Part shown: positions 59,901-64,000 of the stretch, one piece after another
How positions within the stretch are numbered: the first letter of the stretch is position 1
Layout of the letters: each line of letters opens with the position of its first letter
Origin: Azolla caroliniana
Taxonomy: Eukaryota > Plantae > Polypodiophyta
Direction of reading: 5' to 3'
Length of the DNA stretch: 64,000 bases
Assembly: GCA_043228905.1 (NCBI GenBank)
Contig: JBHGNT010000008.1
Coordinates: 15,438,001-15,502,000, forward strand
Position numbers and translations under genes: made by a program
The notes under the pieces: generated by a model
What the model was told of the DNA's origin: nothing
What the model saw: only the letters and a program-made list of their open reading frames with translations
The model's database searches: none

Positions 59901-62343
59901 AGTCGGATTCCCTTCGAGCGACAGTACTCCTGGAACTGCCCCCGGTATTCCCCTCCGTTATCCGCTCGTATCGCTTTCAGCTTCTTGCCGGATTCCCTTT
60001 CCACTCTCGCGTGGAGTTCTTTGAAGACGGACAACACTTGGTCCTTTGTCTTCAGCGGTGCCGTCCACAGCTTCCGGCTATGGTCATCAATGAATGTTAC
60101 GAAGTACTGGGCTCCGCCATGTGACTTCGTTTCTACCTGACACACATCAGTGTGCACCAACTCCAATGGTGCGCTACGTCTCGTCGGTGGCCTTGAGTGG
60201 AAGGAGGTTCGGTTCTGCTTACCGGCCAGGCAGTCGGTGCACTTCTCCAGGTGCACATGCTTCACTGGAATGAGGTTGTCTTCTGCAAGCCTCTTCATCC
60301 CCTTCTTACTCATGTGGCACAGTCTCTTGTGCCACAGCTCACCGGCAGTGTCGGCTGCTACGTTCAGCTCTTCCGGACATAACCGGGCATTCATCAGGTA
60401 CAGTGTGTTGACTTTCCGAGCCCGAGCCACTATCAAGCTCCCCTTGCTGAACTTCATCACGCCGTTCCGGATGCTACCTGTGTAGCCTTCATCGTCTAGC
60501 CTCCCGGCCGAAATCAGGTTCAATCGAACCTCCGGAACGTGTCGAACATCCTTCAGCAGCATTTTGCATCCGATCGGGGTTGTCAACCACACGTCTCCTA
60601 TGCCGGCAATCCGGCACGTACCTTCATTTCCCATCCGAACACAGCCATGCACACCGGCTGTGTAGGATGAGAAGTATCTTCTCTCCGGGGTCAGGTGGAA
60701 CGATGCTCCGGAATCGACCACCCAGGTCGTCTCATCGCCGGCAATGTTTAGTTCACCTTCTTCGGTGATGAGCATGATCTCCTCTTCACTTGCCGCGAGT
60801 GCCGTCGTTCCTTTCCGGTCCTGCCCTCGCCGATCCGGACCTCTCCGGTCCGTGGCTCCCCGGTATGCACCGTTTCTCTCCGGTGACTTCTTCGAATCAG
60901 TGTCGTCGGCTCCGTTGTCTTTTCGGTAATGCCGACAATTCTTTCGGAAGTGCCCCGGCTTCCCACAGTGGAAGCATGTGGGCCTTCCTCTTGACTGCGA
61001 CCGGGTCCCCGACTTCTCCCGTCTTTGCGGACTCCGGTTCCATTGTCTTCCCCGATCCGATTCGGTAAGCAGCGCCTTCGGGTCGGAGGCCGGTTCTTTA
61101 TCTCTCCGACGCGCTTCTTCGTTCAAAATACTTGTCTTTACCGTTTGTAGAGACAAGTTATCTTCGGTGCAGGAGGTGCTGAGAGTCACTACCAAGTTCT
61201 CCCAGCTGTCCGGCAATGTACACATCAGGATGATGGCTTGCATTGCATCCTCCAACGGGAACTTGATCGCCGCAAGCTGGTTCACGAATCCCATGAACGT
61301 GCTTACGTGTTCCACCATACTCTCGCCGTCCCGGTACTTGAGATTCACTATCTTCCTCATCAGGGAGGTCCGGTTCAACGCATTCTTCCTCTCATAGAGG
61401 CCCGACAGCTTCTTCCACATTTCGTATGCGTTGGTGTCATTCGCCACATGTTGTAGGACGCTTACATCGACATATTGTCGGATCGTCGCTACGGCTTTCC
61501 GGTTCAGGAGCTTCCACTCCGACTCAAGTACCCCTTTCGGTATTTCCGACCTGTCAATCGGTTCGTACAGGTCCCGAACAATCAGAAGGTCCTCCATCTT
61601 GATCTTCCAGTCGGCGTAATTCTGTGCATTCAGCACCATCATCATCGGCTGCCCGCTGCCGCCGCCTTCCATTTTCTGCAACAGTCGCTCTGATACCAGA
61701 TTGTTGGGCAACGACCCTTCTATTAACCTTCACCACTCGGCCACAACCGAGTAATCACGAATCAATGGAGCAGAAAATGGAAATACAAAGATTAGAGAGG
61801 ACACACGATTTATCGTGGAAAACCCTGTACGGGAAAAAACCACGGGAGTACAAGACTCCAAACCAACACTATGCACAGAAAGGTATACAATGGCGAGCTG
61901 CAAGACGACGACCTTGAGCTCGCTGTCCTCGCCACAGGCGGCGGAAATACACAGAGGCGTCGTCCTCTTCCTCTCTCGCGCTCTATCTCTCTCTCTCTCT
62001 CACGGCTGCTCTCTCTTCACTCCTCTAGAGTGGAAAAACAGAAAAATGAATAGCAACAGTAAAACTGTTTGCCCTAAGTCATATTTATACACATATGACT
62101 TTGGGGCTATTTACAACTATAGCCTCAAGGGCCCTTGGCAAACATATTCACAGATATGTCCCCGCATCCGGATCTCTCTCCGGGTACATTCGGCATCCGG
62201 CTCCGTAGCCGGGGTCTTCATCATCCGGATCCGAAACCGGGTCTTCGTCATCCGGTTCCAATACCGGGTACTCCTCATTCGGGTCTTCATTCCCGATTCC
62301 CGGACATCTGATCATCCCATCCGGAGGGACCGTAATCCCTACA
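56944..62343 (-). mobile_element. Intact, very young Ty1/Copia (Tnt1-like); LTRs 56944-57585 and 61702-62343
   Basis: 642-bp LTRs with no difference seen. TSD ACTTC (56939-56943, 62344-62348), PBS TGGTATCAGAGC (61687-61698) and PPT at 57586-57597. Confidence 0.97.
57596..61672 (-). CDS. Copia gag-pol polyprotein (gag, CCHC, PR, integrase, RT, RNase H), intact
   Basis: Single ORF with CFHCGKPGHFRKNC, VVDSGAS, HTDV/DNGGEY/AER, YVDD, GFTDSD and STTEAEY. Confidence 0.96.
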   Translation of the reverse strand: MEGGGSGQPMMMVLNAQNYADWKIKMEDLLIVRDLYEPIDRSEIPKGVLESEWKLLNRKAVATIRQYVDVSVLQHVANDTNAYEMWKKLSGLYERKNALNRTSLMRKIVNLKYRDGESMVEHVSTFMGFVNQLAAIKFPLEDAMQAIILMCTLPDSWENLVVTLSTSCTEDNLSLQTVKTSILNEEARRRDKEPASDPKALLTESDRGRQWNRSPQRREKSGTRSQSRGRPTCFHCGKPGHFRKNCRHYRKDNGADDTDSKKSPERNGAYRGATDRRGPDRRGQDRKGTTALAASEEEIMLITEEGELNIAGDETTWVVDSGASFHLTPERRYFSSYTAGVHGCVRMGNEGTCRIAGIGDVWLTTPIGCKMLLKDVRHVPEVRLNLISAGRLDDEGYTGSIRNGVMKFSKGSLIVARARKVNTLYLMNARLCPEELNVAADTAGELWHKRLCHMSKKGMKRLAEDNLIPVKHVHLEKCTDCLAGKQNRTSFHSRPPTRRSAPLELVHTDVCQVETKSHGGAQYFVTFIDDHSRKLWTAPLKTKDQVLSVFKELHARVERESGKKLKAIRADNGGEYRGQFQEYCRSKGIRLEFTVPKTPELNGLAERMNRTIMERVRSMLAHAKLPKGFWAEAMSTATYVINRSPSVPLDGDTPQKVWTGKEVSYRHLKVFGCLAYVHVAKDRRGKLDPKTRPCIFLGYGDDEFGYRVWDPVDKKIFRSRDIIFMEDKTLADWESEKKIKSSKSTGEDQLYEEQSRPARDRLALEDPAEDDEETEPAEEDENDTGTGPDPELDSDEEEESEEPVTEAPERRYPLRERRAPRRFPEPEHVLLTDEGEPESFEEAKHDTQSRRWLSAMQDEMDSLHENHTYELVELPKGKRALRNKWVFKLKPGDAGNPPRYKARIVVKGFQQKKGVDFDEIFAPVVKMTSIRTVLSIAASMDLEIEQMDVKTAFLHGDLDEEIYMHQPEGFEKKGKEHLVCRLKKSLYGLKQAPRQWYRKFDSFMTDEGYLKTQSDHCVFVKKFEGGDFLILLLYVDDMLIVGRDQVKIRMLKKALHRTFSMKDLGPARQILGMHIIRDRKKKQLWLSQEKYVTKVLHRFNMSEARPVGSTLPANCKLSSKQSPKTKAEKEDMMKVPYASAVGSLMYAMVCTRPDIGYAVGVVSRYMSNPGKEHWNAVKWILRYLKGTTNVCLRFGSGKPELDGFTDSDMSADADTSRSTSGYVMTYAGGAVSWQSRLQKTVALSTTEAEYMAAVEAGKEIIWMKDFIRELGIQQEEYRLYCDSQSAIHLAKNAAYHSRTKHIQRRYHWIRERIEDQEFVLTKIHTDENGSDMLTKVLTPDKLEACRKRVGLERHPMPK

Positions 62344-64000
62344 ACTTCTCCTGACAACGTCCCGAGCTGGTAAGACCCATTGTACTCCTTTGTGATCCAG
62401 AATGGTCCGGTCCACCGAAATCGCAATTTCCCTGGCATGCTCCCCATCCTTGTCTGGAATAGTAATACAGGTTTCCCGACCTCGAATTCCTTTTCGTTAC
62501 CGCGCCGGTGTCGGTCTACAAAGGCTTTCCTCCTCCTTTGCTCTAGTTCTAGCTGTAGCAGGCTGGCTATTCGATTTTCTTCCAGTTCTAACAGCATCTT
62601 CAGTCGGATTCGTTCGGATTCCTTCTCGCTTAACCGCTCCTTAACCTGTATTCTTAAGCTAGGAATTTGGAATTCTACTGGCATGACTGCTTCCAAGCCG
62701 AATGCCAGTCGGAACGGGGTCGTCCGGATGCTAGTCTTGTACGCCGTTCGGTACGCCCACAGCGCGCTCTGCAACTTCGTGTCCCAGTCGGTCCGGTTCT
62801 CATTGACGATTTTTCTAAGGATGTTCTGTAGCGTTTTATTCGTTGATTCCGCTAATCCGTTGGCTTGAGGGTAGTAGGGAGTGCTTCGTTTGTGTACTAC
62901 CGCATAGAATGAGGTCAAACTTTCCACCACCTGCCCGAGAAAATGTCCTCCCTGGTCACTGATCAGCTCAATCGGGCATCCGTACCGACACCATATGCAT
63001 TCATATAAAAATTTGGCCGTGGACGCCACCGTGTTGTCCCGTAGTGCCTTTGCTTCTACCCATTTGGTGCAGTAGTCGGTAGCCACTATTATATACCAAT
63101 TTCCGGTCCGCATTGCCGGTGGCTTAAAGGGGCCGACAAAGTCCAAGCCCCACTTTTGGAATGGTTCTAATGGCAAGACCGGGTGATGTGGCATCCGGGC
63201 CTGCTCCGTGGGTTGGCCCAGTCGTTGACACAGGTCGCATTCCCTGCTATACTTAACGGCATCTCTCATGGTAGTCGGCCACCATAGTCCGCTCTGCCAT
63301 ATCTTCCGGGCTGTTGTTTCGCCGGCATAATGCCCGCCTGCAATTCCACAGTGGGCTTCTCTCAGGATCAGATCCTTTTCATCGCTCCGCACTGCTCGCC
63401 TCCATACGCCATCTGCCCCCTTGTGATAGAGGGTGTCTCCTACCAAGCAGAAATGTCTGCTCCGTACTGCCATCCTCTTCCGTTCGTCTCGGTCCAGGTT
63501 TTCCGGGGGAACTCCGGTGCTCAGGAACTGATGCATTTCGGTTAACCATTTGTCTTCGTCCGCTATTGTGGTCTCCGTTGCCGGTGTCGTCGTGACCTTA
63601 AACAGCTCGGCGTCGGGAAATTCGTCCTGTACGCCGTCCCCTGCTTCTCCGGATTCTAGCCTGCTCAGGTAGTCTGCTACCGCATGCTGCACCCCGGGTC
63701 GGTGGAAAATGTCGAATTCGAATTCCTGTAATAGCAGCGTCCATCGTGCGAGTTTTCCTGTCAGGGCTGCCTTTGAGACCAGGTAGAGTAGTGCCGAGTG
63801 GTCAACGTGGAAGGAGAACTTTCGTCCGAGCAGATAGTGCCTGTACTTGGTGACACTGTACACCATTCCTAATGCCTCTCGTTCCGTTGTAGAGTAGTTT
63901 CGTTCGGCTTTCGAGAGTTTCCTGCTTGCGTAATACACCGGCCGATACCATTTCGGTTCTGTGAGTTGCATCAAAACGCTGCCGATTGCTACGTCCGACG
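62344..64000 (-). CDS. Athila-like pol (RNase H and integrase), partial, interrupted by the Copia
   Basis: PVYYASRKL..ERNYSTTEREAL, H..GGH..C..C and DDE core. Confidence 0.9.

Larger units (their letters stand above)
52274..64000 (-). mobile_element. Athila-like (non-chromovirus) Gypsy running off the right edge: pol, extra ORF, PPT, 3' LTR
   Basis: RNase H is followed directly by integrase (WGLDF, LISDQG, NGLAE). After removing the Copia insertion, pol continues GEVVGKWANGFRLKPY and stops at 56758. Confidence 0.88.

Noticed and set aside
62148-62343. Acidic C-terminus of ORF 62148-63974
   Set aside because: Read-through into the inserted Copia LTR. The true pol end is 56758-56943.

Overview
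Eukaryotic land-plant nuclear DNA, probably a non-seed plant such as a fern (inferred from a Tcn1/sushi-type chromovirus and the gene style). It holds two intact host genes: a two-exon LRR receptor-like kinase (+, 10223-13159) and a 16-exon WDR75/UTP17-like WD40 gene (-, 21869-32160). The rest is nested transposons: several Ty1/Copia elements (one intact with identical LTRs, 56944-62343), an Athila-like Gypsy with a ~950-aa extra ORF, a self-priming chromovirus with heat-shock-element LTRs (35896-41591), solo LTRs, a LINE relic, MITE-like and tRNA-like pieces and an 18S rDNA fragment. The most unusual feature is a decayed, intron-containing gene at ~42411-45784. It fuses a ParB/sulfiredoxin-like domain to a bacterial-type beta-class N6-adenine/N4-cytosine DNA methyltransferase and sits among transposons. 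All calls were made by eye, with no database searches.
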